Shown here: in pieces, positions 11,370-23,694 of the stretch
Layout of the letters: each line of letters starts with the position of its first letter
Position numbering within the stretch: the first letter of the stretch is position 1
Assembly (NCBI GenBank): GCA_945949485.1
Contig: CAMFER010000002.1
Location: 18,761-82,760 of the forward strand
DNA length: 64,000 bases
Direction: 5' to 3'
Source of the DNA: an uncultured Clostridium sp.
GTDB taxonomy: Bacteria; Bacillota; Clostridia; TANB77; CAG-508
Position numbers and translations under genes: made by a program
The notes under the pieces: model-generated
Told to the model about the DNA's origin: nothing
The model's database searches: none
The model's input: only the letters and a program-made list of their open reading frames with translations

Positions 11370-12452
11370 TTATTTTAAAATTTCTTCCGGCATATTTTCA
11401 TATAGTGGGATTATAAAATTCAAATTAGTATCAACTGTATCTGAAGATTCATAAATTGACTTCATATTTTTTGCTTCTGATTCAGGTGCTAGCAAATTTT
11501 GCATATATTGGTTTGAATATAGCTCTTCATCATCACCTTTAACAATATCAAATTTTTGTAAATATAAAGTATTTTGTCCTTTATTTATATAATCTTCTTT
11601 TACATATTCAATTCCACCAATTATTGCTTTTTCAAGTGAATTCCAACCTTGATTGTATGCATATTCTGCAGCATTTTCTAATATTTCTTCACTAGAATTT
11701 CCTACTGCATTTATGTTAAATGGATTATATATAACTGTTCCTTTATACTCATATCCTTTTGATAATCTTGTTCCTTTTCTTCCTTGCTCTTGTATCAATC
11801 TTGAAGCAACAAAATATGGATCTATATTAGCATTTTTTCCCGCTTCTATCAAAGCTTCTATTACGCTATCACTTTCTAAGAAAGTATCTTCAACTATTTC
11901 TTTAACTCCCTCTTCTGTCTGAGCACCTTCAACATAATTCAGCTCTTTAAATTGGAATATATTTTCTTCATTTAAAAGATTCCTTGGATCCATCTTTGTT
12001 TTTATTGCTTCATCTGAAGCACATAACCATGTACCATTATCAAATCTTTTATCTTTATCAATTTCACATCTCCAAGAATCTGGATATTCATCTGAATCAG
12101 GTATTAAATTTGATGGATATTTTGTATTATCTTTATGTCCTTCATTTTCTATTACATCTTCCCAATCTAATTTTGTGTAAAATAAAGTAAAAGTCCAATT
12201 GGGATGTTCTTCTTTTAAATCATCTAACAATTCTTTATATCCAACATATTTACTTTCGTTTAAATTATCTCCCGTATACTCAACATATTTTTGTTTTTTA
12301 CTCTCTAGAACAAGTAGATATATAATAACAGATATAATTAAAATTAGTAATATTGCTATAAATAAAAATTTTAATTTCTTGTTATTATAATTAAATCTTG
12401 GCTTTTTTATATAGTTATTTGTTATAAATTTAATATCATATTCTTTCATCAT
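11370..12452 (-). CDS. membrane-anchored peptidoglycan hydrolase, GH73 N-acetylglucosaminidase family
   Basis: N-terminal TM, then FVASRLIQEQG...GWNSLEKAIIGGIEYVKEDYINKGQNTLYLQKFD (glucosaminidase domain). Confidence 0.65.
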   Translation of the reverse strand: MMKEYDIKFITNNYIKKPRFNYNNKKLKFLFIAILLILIISVIIYLLVLESKKQKYVEYTGDNLNESKYVGYKELLDDLKEEHPNWTFTLFYTKLDWEDVIENEGHKDNTKYPSNLIPDSDEYPDSWRCEIDKDKRFDNGTWLCASDEAIKTKMDPRNLLNEENIFQFKELNYVEGAQTEEGVKEIVEDTFLESDSVIEALIEAGKNANIDPYFVASRLIQEQGRKGTRLSKGYEYKGTVIYNPFNINAVGNSSEEILENAAEYAYNQGWNSLEKAIIGGIEYVKEDYINKGQNTLYLQKFDIVKGDDEELYSNQYMQNLLAPESEAKNMKSIYESSDTVDTNLNFIIPLYENMPEEILK

Positions 12453-12590
12453 ATTCGAATTATATCATAGCATCTTTATCATTTTCAATTAATTTTTTAT
12501 TTATTTTCTTTTTTCATATATCTTTCTTTTATATTTATTGCATTACATATATATTTGCTATATAATTAGAAAAAAATCAAGGAGGACTGT

Positions 12591-14384
12591 ATGAAAAAAT
12601 TTAATATAAAAAATATTAAAAATAAATCTTACTTATATTATTTAATAATTCTAATAGTCGCTTTAATAATGTGTGCTCCGTTATTTCAAGAAGGAATTCA
12701 TGCAGGTCATGATGGAGATTTTCATATTTCTAGAACTATTGGAACAATTGAAGAACTTCAAAATGGTAATTCACCATTTATTGTTTCCAGATTTTCTAAC
12801 AATCTAGGCTTTGGATGGAATCTATTTTACCCACCTATTAATACTGCATTAAATGTAATATTTGCATTCTTAACAGGTGATGTAGTTATTGCAATTAAAG
12901 TATTTATTTTCTTTACCTTTGCAGTTTCTGGAATTTCAATGTTTACAATGGTTAAAAAAATCTTTAAAAGTAATACCGCAGCTTTAATTTCAAGTATAAT
13001 CTATATGATAGCACCATATAGATTATTAAACGCTTATACAAGATTAGCTGTTGGAGAAATGACATCATTTATGTTTATACCAATTATCTTTAATGGCGTA
13101 TATGAAATCTTAAAAGGAAATACAAGAAAATCATATTTATTTACTTTAGGTGCTATTGGTCTTATACTTTCTCACAATATAAGTACAATGCTAGTTTGTA
13201 TTTTAGGATTTTTCTATGTACTAATTAATATAAAGAAATTAAAAGATAAAAAAATATTAAAAGCATTTATAATTTCAACTATTATTATAGTATTATCAGT
13301 TATTTTCTTTGAAATACCTTTATTACAACAACAAAATGGTTGTGATTATGAAGTATTCCGTTATGGGAAAATGTATAGTACAGAGTCAGTTCCAGGTCAT
13401 GCCCTAATTCCTTTACAATTAATACTAAGACATGTAGAAAGCGGCGCAGATACATCTATGTATTTCTGTTTGGGAATTCCTATTTTAATTGGTCTAATAT
13501 TAACTTTCTTTATAAAAAAAGAAAAGAAAGATAACAAAAATTACTGGTTTTTCTTCATATCTGGAATAATTGCAACTATAATGTCAACTGTAATCTTCCC
13601 TTGGAAATACATGCCTAGTGTTCTATTAATGATACAATTCCCATGGAGAATGCTTGAAATAGTGGTATTTTGCTTTGCTATTATATCAGGAATAAATTAT
13701 AGTTTATTCATAAATAAGATATATTATTTATTAAAAGAAAAATTTAATAACATTACTAATAAAGTATTAATTTATTTTCCTTTATCAATGAAAATATTAT
13801 TTATAATTTTATTTATAATCCTATCTTTAATATATAGTTTCTCATTTATTACTGATTTGGATTATGAGTATAAAAATAATGACTTTTATCGTCAAGAAGA
13901 AATAATTGACCCAGTTGGTGAAGTAAGTAGATATTCTTCATTCTTAGAATATTGGCCTCAAAAAGCTGTTAGAAACCTTGAATATATATCAAATAGAGAT
14001 CAAAAAGTATTAATACTTTCAGGTACCGCCACAATTGAAAATGAAAATAAAGAAAAAGGAAAACTAGATTTTGATATTTCTAATGTAGGAAACGATGTTA
14101 AATTGGAATTACCATATCTATTCTACACAGGTTATGCAGTTACATATACTCCTGAAAATAGTAAATTTTCTATGAAGTTAGAAGTAGTTGAATCTGATAA
14201 AGGATTAGTACAAGTTAATTTAACAGGAAATGAAAAAGGTCATATTCATGTAGAATATCAACCTACTAAATCACATATAATTTGTATGATAATTTCATTT
14301 ACTACATTGACTGTATATATAATTTATTTAATCTTTTCATATATATTTAATAAATGTAATAAAAAATTATTAGATGGTAAATAA
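12591..14384 (+). CDS. polytopic membrane protein, putative GT-C-type glycosyltransferase
   Basis: 597 aa, more than 12 TM. First loop carries HDGDFH, reminiscent of the GT-C Asp/Glu motif. Confidence 0.4.
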   Translation: MKKFNIKNIKNKSYLYYLIILIVALIMCAPLFQEGIHAGHDGDFHISRTIGTIEELQNGNSPFIVSRFSNNLGFGWNLFYPPINTALNVIFAFLTGDVVIAIKVFIFFTFAVSGISMFTMVKKIFKSNTAALISSIIYMIAPYRLLNAYTRLAVGEMTSFMFIPIIFNGVYEILKGNTRKSYLFTLGAIGLILSHNISTMLVCILGFFYVLINIKKLKDKKILKAFIISTIIIVLSVIFFEIPLLQQQNGCDYEVFRYGKMYSTESVPGHALIPLQLILRHVESGADTSMYFCLGIPILIGLILTFFIKKEKKDNKNYWFFFISGIIATIMSTVIFPWKYMPSVLLMIQFPWRMLEIVVFCFAIISGINYSLFINKIYYLLKEKFNNITNKVLIYFPLSMKILFIILFIILSLIYSFSFITDLDYEYKNNDFYRQEEIIDPVGEVSRYSSFLEYWPQKAVRNLEYISNRDQKVLILSGTATIENENKEKGKLDFDISNVGNDVKLELPYLFYTGYAVTYTPENSKFSMKLEVVESDKGLVQVNLTGNEKGHIHVEYQPTKSHIICMIISFTTLTVYIIYLIFSYIFNKCNKKLLDGK

Positions 14385-14393
14385 ACAAAAGTA

Positions 14394-14427
14394 AAAAGAG
14401 ATAATAAGTTAATTTATTATCTCTTTC
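14394..14427. terminator. bidirectional rho-independent terminator
   Basis: AAAGAGATAATAA-gttaat-TTATTATCTCTTT followed by a T-run, between convergent genes. Confidence 0.55.
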
Positions 14428-14440
14428 TTTTATCTATATT

Positions 14441-16084
<1,644 letters not shown>

Positions 16085-16115
16085 TCCTTCCTTTCAAAAT
16101 TATTTTTATTTTTTA

Positions 16116-16403
<288 letters not shown>

Positions 16404-16417
16404 TTACCTCCTTTATT

Positions 16418-16444
16418 TTAGCACTCTTTCTTTGTGTCTGCTAA
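16418..16444 (-). promoter_or_regulatory. CIRCE operator (HrcA binding site) in the groES leader
   Basis: TTAGCAGAC-N9-GAGTGCTAA inverted repeat 20 nt upstream of groES. Confidence 0.75.
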
Positions 16445-16591
16445 TAATTTATACCCTATTTAATAAAAAGTCAATACTATTTTTTTAATTTTCACATAAA
16501 ATTCACATTATATTTTATTAACTTATCTCTGCTAATATTCCTTTTCTTTATTTTAGTTGATTTTTCGCCTTTTTGATATTATAATAGTAAT

Positions 16592-17456
16592 ATGGAAAAA
16601 TTAATTGTTAATAAAAAATATAATGGAAAAAAATTAAATACTTTTTTACTTGAAAATATATATGGTCTTAATCAAAATCTATTATATAAAACTCTTCGTA
16701 AAAGAGATGTCAAAATTAATGGAAAAAGAATTAATAGTAATGTAAATATTTTTGAAAATGATGAAATATTAATATACTTACCTTCTTCTTTTTCTGAAAT
16801 TAAATATAATTTGGATATTATATATGAAGATGATAATATTTTAGTAATTAATAAACCATATAATATAGAAGTTACAGGCAATGTTAGTTTAACTAGTATA
16901 GTTCATTTGATATATGATTCTGCTAGTTTTAAACCTATGCCTTGTCATCGTTTGGATAGAAATACCACTGGGCTTACTTTGTTTGCTAAAAATCAAGAAG
17001 CTTTAGATGTATTATTATATAAATTTAAAAACCATGAAATTGAGAAACATTATTTAGCCTTAGTCTATGGTCATCCAAAAGAAAATAGAAAAACTTCTGA
17101 AGCTTTTTTATTCAAAGATACTAAAAAATCTATGGTATATATAAGTGATGAATTTAAAAAAGGATATCAAAAAATTATTACAACTTATTCTGTTATAGAA
17201 AAAAGAAATGATAATACCTCTCTTCTAGATGTTGAGATAAAAACTCGGTAGAACTCATCAGATTCGTGCTCATTTAGCATATCTAGGATTTCCTATTATT
17301 GGTGATGGAAAGTATGGGAAAAACGAAATTAATAAAAAGTTTGGAAAAAAATATCAAATGCTTCAAAGTTATATTTTAAAATTTAATTTTATTACTGACA
17401 GCGGAATATTAAATTATCTAAATGGAAAAGAATTTTCTATTTCTAAACATATTTAA
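16592..17456 (+). CDS. RluA-family 23S rRNA pseudouridine synthase with S4 domain; needs a +1 shift at CGG 17246-17248
   Basis: HRLDRNTTGL motif. ACT CGG T junction gives [29 protein letters not shown] in the +1 frame. Stop at 17454-17456. Confidence 0.8.
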
Positions 17457-17459
17457 AAA

Positions 17460-17490
17460 AGAATCACATTTTACAGTGATTCTTTTTTAT
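17460..17490 (+). terminator. rho-independent terminator
   Basis: AGAATCAC-attttaca-GTGATTCT followed by TTTTTTAT. Confidence 0.55.
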
Positions 17491-17506
17491 TCTATAGCCG
17501 TCATAT

Positions 17507-17580
<74 letters not shown>

Positions 17581-17589
17581 ATATTTTGT

Positions 17590-17605
17590 TGGTGGAGATG
17601 AGGAG
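17590..17605. repeat. prophage attL core (direct repeat of the ssrA 3' end)
   Basis: TGGTGGAGATGAGGAG identical to 51509..51524. Tandem TTGCATTAAAA arm-type repeats at 17726..17750. Confidence 0.7.
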
Positions 17606-18017
17606 TCATAGACTTCTTATTTTTTCCCTTCTTTTATTATATCTTTATTTTAAGGCTTTTTCAAGTCTTTTTTTAAAATATATTTTTTATATTTTCCCTT
17701 CGTTTTTTATAATTTTTCTTTGGCGTTGCATTAAAAATTGCATTAAAAAAGAAGTCTATGCGACTTCTTTAGATAACTCGATTATATCTTTAAATCTTCT
17801 TGTTTGGCTTATGTATTTTAAACTTTCTGAATTAAGTAATAAATAATTATTAAGCAATCTATTATATTCTTTTTCTGTTTTTATGTTTAATTCTTTTATC
17901 ATTTGTAGAGATTTAATATACATTTCTTCCATATTATCACCTCTACATTTATTTTACTATATTATGTTAAATATGTCGTAAGAAATTTGTCGAAAAGAAA
18001 AAGAATTATTAGTAGTT

Positions 18018-18512
18018 CTATTTATTGTTATTTTTTATTCTATTCTTGCTATAATTATTGTTTTTAGTATACCTTTTTATAGAATTATTATTTTCTAATA
18101 TTATATTCAAAGCATTTGTTAAGTTATCTTTAAATAAATATTTAACTATTACTCTTACTAAAACAAAAATTTCAGCAATTCCACCTGTTATGAATAAGTT
18201 AAATGTAGAATCTGAATATACAAGTACACTACAGCCTTTTAATACAAAAATTGTTATTAATGCTACTAATTGAATTGCTAACATAATAATTAATATTATG
18301 GCATATTTTTCTTTTAAGTTTTGATCCCTTTCAATATTATCTGCAAAAAGTTCCAAAATCCTGTCATTCATGTTCCATTTCTTTGAAACTTCATCTATTG
18401 GTTTTGTTTCTTCTAAATTCGTGTTATCTACTATTTCATTTGATGGTTTAAACATTTTCATTATAATTTCATATTTGTCTTGTGTTCCTTTTGCAGGCTT
18501 ATTGTTTTTCAT
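18018..18512 (-). CDS. hypothetical membrane protein (two central TM helices); prophage accessory gene
   Basis: 164 aa. Overlaps the upstream ImmA-like gene by 4 nt (ATGA). Confidence 0.5.
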   Translation of the reverse strand: MKNNKPAKGTQDKYEIIMKMFKPSNEIVDNTNLEETKPIDEVSKKWNMNDRILELFADNIERDQNLKEKYAIILIIMLAIQLVALITIFVLKGCSVLVYSDSTFNLFITGGIAEIFVLVRVIVKYLFKDNLTNALNIILENNNSIKRYTKNNNYSKNRIKNNNK

Positions 18513-19021
18513 AATAAACCTAATACATCCAATCTTACTGTGATAGCTGAAACAGAAACATTAAATATTTCAGCTAATTCTTTTATTGAATTATTTTCCT
18601 TATGCATTTTTTCTAAAAGAGTTCGATTCATAAGAAGTGCCCCTGCAAAATAATCTACTTCTTTTTCTCTTTCTCTTGATTGTTCAATTTCTGCTTCATT
18701 ATTTGCTGTTCTATACATAGTATCAACATGTATTTCTTCATTTTTCAAAAATTCTTGATGCAAGAAATAATGTCCTAATTCATGTGCTATTGTAAATCTC
18801 TGCCTAACTTTTATATCATTTTTATTTATCAATATTTCAAACTTATCTTCATCTTTTTTATATCTAATTGCACCAGAAATTTTTTTCTCTAAATCTCCCT
18901 CATATACTTTTATATCATTTGAATTTGCTATTTTTATTACATCAACAGGGATTTTATACATATCGTTATTTAATAATATTTCTGAAGTTAACTCTTCTAA
19001 TTTTTGATTAATTTTATTCAT
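18509..19021 (-). CDS. ImmA/IrrE-family zinc metallopeptidase with C-terminal HTH-like segment
   Basis: HELGHYFLH (HEXXH) then E...D. C-terminal ELAEIFNVSVSAITVRL. Strong RBS AGAGGGGGGG. Confidence 0.6.
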   Translation of the reverse strand: MNKINQKLEELTSEILLNNDMYKIPVDVIKIANSNDIKVYEGDLEKKISGAIRYKKDEDKFEILINKNDIKVRQRFTIAHELGHYFLHQEFLKNEEIHVDTMYRTANNEAEIEQSREREKEVDYFAGALLMNRTLLEKMHKENNSIKELAEIFNVSVSAITVRLDVLGLL

Positions 19022-19215
19022 ATAAATCCCCCCTCTATATTATATACATCTTTCATCATAATGTATTATATATTATTATTCTTTAGAAATCAATATGTTT
19101 TTAATATGTTTATTTTTTATTGAAATATCAACAAAAATCGGCTCGCGAGGTTGTATTTTAAGCCTCGTTATTTTTTTAGTAATATACTTATATACCTTGA
19201 TTTACGGCTTTTAGG

Positions 19216-19258
19216 CACAAAAAAAGAGCTAGACTAGGGATTAACCTAATCTAGCTTT
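19216..19258 (-). terminator. rho-independent terminator ending the lysis operon
   Basis: Reverse-strand hairpin AGCTAGATTAGG-ttaatc-CCTAGTCTAGCT followed by CTTTTTTTG. Confidence 0.55.
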
Positions 19259-19263
19259 TCTTC

Positions 19264-20646
19264 TTATATTTTTGTACAATAATCTAAACATACCCATCCA
19301 CTTGGAGTTAATCCCCAGTTTTCTGATATTTTTGATACTGTAAATACTACATTATTTTTATATCCATTAGCATAATAGTTCCCATTAGCTCTATTTTGAC
19401 TTCTGGCATTAGCACTAAGTTGTATATATGTCTTTTTGCTGTATTTTGTACTCGGTCCTGTTCTAACACATAAAACACTATTTTTAGATACATTCGTTAC
19501 TTTGTATTTCCCTGTTCTATATCCAGTTATCGTTGTTCCTGGATAACTAGAACTTAAATAAGAAGAACTTACCCATCCTGAAATAGGACTTGTAATTCTT
19601 GACCAACTACCATTTGTTTCTGCTACCGATACTACTGTTCCTTTTCTTAAACTTCCTACTATACTATAATATCCTGCTCCACTTCTAACATTTAAATTCT
19701 TACTATTAGTAGAAACATATCGTGTATATGTAGATGTTGTTGTACTTCCATTGTTTTCTTGCACATTGCCATCATGTTTATATGCAAAAAATCCTTTGTA
19801 ATTTGCATAATTTCTAAAATTATCTATTGAGCAATAAACAGTATTACCATTAACTGTTACTTTTCCTCTTCTAGTTGAAGTATCAAATTTTCCTGCATAT
19901 AAATATGGATCATATATCTTTAATGTATCTCCATCTATTCCAACTATAACTATAAAATGTCCTCCAGTTGTAAATAGCCCATTACCTACAGAACAGATAA
20001 CATAGTTGTTATTTCTTACTAGATTCACTGCTGTATCTAAACTAGAACATTCTTGATATCCTATATTAAATTCATCAGCTACTGCTCTAAAAGCTGACCA
20101 ATATGTACCATTATTTGCACTTCTATAGCCATATTGCACAAATAAATCCCCCATTTCTGGAGGAGTTATTGTTCCTTTTATTGCTGTTACTACCATTGCA
20201 GCACTAGTTGGCCCACATCCACTAGTTCCTATTGTTTGAGAACTATTTCCAATAGAACTGTACATATGATTTTTCCATCTACTATCTGTTTGATTATAAT
20301 ATGTTAGGCCTGTGTAATCTCCTAACTCTATGTTCCAAGTATTAGCTCTATCACCTTCATAAGCTATTTCTCCTTGTAACTCAAAACCTTCATCTTCTAC
20401 TTCTTGTTCAGCTGAAACTTCATCTTCTTGTTCTTTCGTTTGTTCTACTATTTCAGTTGAAGGTAATTCTTCTATTTCTTCTTGAGACATACTATAAGTA
20501 GTAATGTAGTCTTTTATTTCATTTACTGCTTCTCCTACTATTTCTTCAGTAGAACTATTTTTATTTGAATTGTAGAAACCTAGTCCACTTAAAATTCCAA
20601 TTATAATAGCTACAATAATTACAAGTATTTTCTTATTTTTATTCAT
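19264..20646 (-). CDS. phage endolysin/cell-wall hydrolase: N-terminal signal-anchor, C39-like cysteine peptidase domain, SH3b repeats
   Basis: GCGPTSAAMVV...GGHFIVIVG, then NLNVRSGAGYYSIVGSLRKGTVVSV. Adjacent to holin. Confidence 0.65.
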   Translation of the reverse strand: MNKNKKILVIIVAIIIGILSGLGFYNSNKNSSTEEIVGEAVNEIKDYITTYSMSQEEIEELPSTEIVEQTKEQEDEVSAEQEVEDEGFELQGEIAYEGDRANTWNIELGDYTGLTYYNQTDSRWKNHMYSSIGNSSQTIGTSGCGPTSAAMVVTAIKGTITPPEMGDLFVQYGYRSANNGTYWSAFRAVADEFNIGYQECSSLDTAVNLVRNNNYVICSVGNGLFTTGGHFIVIVGIDGDTLKIYDPYLYAGKFDTSTRRGKVTVNGNTVYCSIDNFRNYANYKGFFAYKHDGNVQENNGSTTTSTYTRYVSTNSKNLNVRSGAGYYSIVGSLRKGTVVSVAETNGSWSRITSPISGWVSSSYLSSSYPGTTITGYRTGKYKVTNVSKNSVLCVRTGPSTKYSKKTYIQLSANARSQNRANGNYYANGYKNNVVFTVSKISENWGLTPSGWVCLDYCTKI

Positions 20647-20650
20647 TTCT

Positions 20651-20998
20651 TTACTTCTCCTCCTTTTTCTTTAATATTTCTCCTAATTTGCCTAAATCCA
20701 CTCCTGCTTTTTTTAGGTTTTCCAGTATTGACATTACTTCCATTAAGCAGATATAAATTGTAATTACTTGTGCTACTGCTTGTATTCCAAAAGCATATTC
20801 AATCACATAACCAATAAGGATTGCTACAATAAGTAAACACTTATGCAACAATCCTTCTCTCATTACTTTACTATCTACATTCTTATTAATCACAGCTTGT
20901 ATATAGCCTGTTAAAATATCTAATCCACTAAAAATTAACGGTGTTATTACTTGCCATATAATATTGCTAAATGTTAATGTTTGTAATAATTCTTCCAT
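20651..20998 (-). CDS. phage holin
   Basis: 115 aa with 2-3 TM and charged C-terminus KLGEILKKKEEK. Immediately upstream of the endolysin. Confidence 0.65.
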   Translation of the reverse strand: MEELLQTLTFSNIIWQVITPLIFSGLDILTGYIQAVINKNVDSKVMREGLLHKCLLIVAILIGYVIEYAFGIQAVAQVITIYICLMEVMSILENLKKAGVDLGKLGEILKKKEEK

Positions 20999-21067
20999 TA
21001 TTTTCTCCTTTCTTTAAAATATATTTCATAAACCTTTTTGTATACAATTTAATATTATTTTTATTCC

Positions 21068-22312
21068 TTATGCTCTTCTTATCCACATATATCCTACTAC
21101 TTCATATGGTTGAATAACATTTAAAGCTTTTCCATTTCCACCAAAATTATAATTTCCATTTGGGTTATAATCCCCACTCATAATGTATCCATCTGTTGCT
21201 CCTCCACTAACACCAGTAGTCGTTTGTACTCTATTTTCTGGCATTTCTTCTTTTGTTAGTTTATGTTTCTTTTCTCCACCTGTCTTTCCTAATTCATTAA
21301 AATATTCATCAGAATCATCTTCATCTATACCAATAGCAATTTTCCCTTTAAACCTTTCCCAAGTTCCAAACCCTAATACTAAATTAGGATTTTGGTTAGT
21401 TTGTGTTATATAGGTGCTACCTATTGGAAATATAAGTTTTAATAGATTAGTTTTTTCATCTTCTGAGAATGTTCCTGCTGGTCCGGGTTCTCCTTGTTCT
21501 CCTTGTTTCCCCGGTTCTCCTTGTGGTCCTGTGTCGCCTTTATCTCCTTTTGGTAAAACTAAGTTTAAAGTTTGATTTGGAGAACTGCCACTAATTGTTG
21601 CACTTGCAGTTGTTCCAGAAGTGACAGTTCCTATTTTCAGTGTATTTGCTGGTCCAGCCTCGCCTTGAGGTCCGGTGTCACCTTTCAAACCTTGTTCACC
21701 AGTATCGCCTTTCTGCCCTTGTGGTCCTTCTGGTCCTTCTGGACCTACTGGTCCTTGTGGTCCTTGTATGTTTCCAACATTAGTCCAATCAGATGAGTTC
21801 TCACTCCATACATACAAATCACCATTTATTAAATAAGCATCTCCTAAATTTCCAGTAGGATGTTCTTGTTTTAGTTCTCCTAAACTATCATATGAACCTA
21901 ATATATTTACCCCAGTTCCTTGTTCTCCTTTTTCACCTTGAGGTCCGGTATCCCCTTTTGGTCCTTGCTCACCTTGTGGTCCTTGTTCTCCTTGTGGTCC
22001 TGTTGCTCCGGTATCCCCTTTGTCGCCTTTAGGTATAGTAAAATTGAATATAGCATTTGTAGTTGTACCAGTATTTGTTACTACTGCTTCAGTTCCAGCT
22101 TCTCCTGTTGTAGTTTCTCCAACAGCAATTGTAACACTTCCACCCTTTTCTAGCTCTTCTACTCTTTTTACCGTATTGTCTAATGTATCAGCATTTGTAT
22201 TTACTGTGTTTTTTATTTCATTCATATTGTCAGCTTTTACTTTTTGATTATCGGGAATGCTTGGGTCGTTTTGAAATACCTCTTTATCTTCAAACGTTAT
22301 TTTACTTGCCAT
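21068..22312 (-). CDS. collagen-like repeat tail fibre protein
   Basis: Gly-X-Y triplet tracts ([37 protein letters not shown]) and a globular C-terminal domain. Confidence 0.7.
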   Translation of the reverse strand: MASKITFEDKEVFQNDPSIPDNQKVKADNMNEIKNTVNTNADTLDNTVKRVEELEKGGSVTIAVGETTTGEAGTEAVVTNTGTTTNAIFNFTIPKGDKGDTGATGPQGEQGPQGEQGPKGDTGPQGEKGEQGTGVNILGSYDSLGELKQEHPTGNLGDAYLINGDLYVWSENSSDWTNVGNIQGPQGPVGPEGPEGPQGQKGDTGEQGLKGDTGPQGEAGPANTLKIGTVTSGTTASATISGSSPNQTLNLVLPKGDKGDTGPQGEPGKQGEQGEPGPAGTFSEDEKTNLLKLIFPIGSTYITQTNQNPNLVLGFGTWERFKGKIAIGIDEDDSDEYFNELGKTGGEKKHKLTKEEMPENRVQTTTGVSGGATDGYIMSGDYNPNGNYNFGGNGKALNVIQPYEVVGYMWIRRA

Positions 22313-22313
22313 T

Positions 22314-22760
22314 TTATCCCCTCCTATATCCTATAACCTTTTTTATATATATATAATTTTTTCTATCTAAATTAATTGTTACTTTTGAATTTAAATAGCC
22401 TATTGTATAATAGCCACAATTAGCAGTTACAACTTCTATTTTATTTTTATTAATTACAAATCTTGAAAATGCAATTACATGATTTTCTCCTGAAGCATAT
22501 TCTAATGTTTCATAAATTGATTTATTATCTGCGTCATCTATTCTAATTGTTTTTTCGGTGTCTGTTCCAACAATTACAATACAAATATAGTCAAAATTTG
22601 CTACTGACTCATTTAATGTTACATCACTTGTACTACCTAAAGAATTATCATATAATATCTTTCCAGTTTCTATCGCATTTTCTATATTGTCTTGCATTGC
22701 TTCTAATGTTTCTTTTGATATTGCTGGATATGTATCATTATTAAATTCTATCCTTTCCAT
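22314..22760 (-). CDS. phage tail-associated hypothetical protein
   Basis: 148 aa. Sits between a tail protein and the fibre gene. Confidence 0.4.
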   Translation of the reverse strand: MERIEFNNDTYPAISKETLEAMQDNIENAIETGKILYDNSLGSTSDVTLNESVANFDYICIVIVGTDTEKTIRIDDADNKSIYETLEYASGENHVIAFSRFVINKNKIEVVTANCGYYTIGYLNSKVTINLDRKNYIYIKKVIGYRRG

Positions 22761-22762
22761 AG

Positions 22763-23689
22763 TTAACTCCTTTCATATTTTACTGATAAACTTATTTTTC
22801 CATATTTATCTACTGTTTTATATTGTGTATAGTACATTCCTGTATCTTCATAAACTGGTGGTTCTTCTGGATTTGGATATGTTTCTTTATATAATTTAAA
22901 TTTATAAATCAATAAATTTGCAGTAGGAGATTTTGGAAATAAGTTCTCACTAGGAAATAGCTTTTGACTAGGAAATAAATCTTCTTTTGCATAATTCTGA
23001 AATATTTCATTTATTAATACTTCTCCTGTTCCTCCTCTTGATATATTTAAATCTTCTGCTAAATATTCATCTACAAATTTATATGGCAATACCCCAAAAC
23101 CAATAGAATATAATTTGGGATAAGTATTAAAATAATCCATTCCTTCAATTTCTACTAGTCCTCTTCCAGTTAGATGTATTGGGGCTTTTACTTTTTCCGA
23201 GTTGCTCCAAAAATTCATATCGCTACTAATTTTATCTATTCTGCTTATTATTATTGGCTGATTTTCTTGAATTAATATGTTATATTTTGAAACATCTAAA
23301 TAGGCATACATAACATAATCTTTTTTTTCCTCATCCCAGTTTGCAAATCCTAATTTCATTATTTGTTTTCCTCTAAATTCTTCTAAATACTGGTATTCTG
23401 TAACTGGGTTAATATAATAATATTTATTTATTATATTATTTTCTGTTAATATTTCTTTATTTTGGGAAAAATCTGCTTCTAATATTGTGTCATATTTTAT
23501 TGTATTAGAATTAAAATCAACAGCTTCTTCTCCGTTTGAAAAACTTACTAAACAATATGGCAAATTCTTTTTTTTAAAACTTATAAAACTATCAGCAAAT
23601 AAGTCTAAATAGCTATCCAGTATTAAATTAGTAAATTTTTTTTCTTCATTTCCTATTTTTATTCCAACTTCTAAATTTTCAATTTTCAT
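22763..23689 (-). CDS. phage tail/baseplate protein
   Basis: 308 aa. Placed by gene order only (TMP-Dit-this-fibre). Confidence 0.4.
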   Translation of the reverse strand: MKIENLEVGIKIGNEEKKFTNLILDSYLDLFADSFISFKKKNLPYCLVSFSNGEEAVDFNSNTIKYDTILEADFSQNKEILTENNIINKYYYINPVTEYQYLEEFRGKQIMKLGFANWDEEKKDYVMYAYLDVSKYNILIQENQPIIISRIDKISSDMNFWSNSEKVKAPIHLTGRGLVEIEGMDYFNTYPKLYSIGFGVLPYKFVDEYLAEDLNISRGGTGEVLINEIFQNYAKEDLFPSQKLFPSENLFPKSPTANLLIYKFKLYKETYPNPEEPPVYEDTGMYYTQYKTVDKYGKISLSVKYERS

Positions 23690-23694
23690 TTTTT

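Noticed and set aside
11224-11454. 76-aa ORF on the plus strand
   Set aside because: It overlaps tRNA-Thr on the opposite strand and is low-complexity.
17586-17846. 86-aa ORF just inside attL
   Set aside because: It lies over the att core, arm repeats and inverted repeats. No RBS. Better explained as non-coding att/regulatory DNA.
21183-22247. Plus-strand ORFs inside the collagen-like fibre gene, and 25276..26341 inside the tape measure gene
   Set aside because: These are antisense shadows of repetitive Gly/Pro- and Leu/Ile-rich coding sequence.
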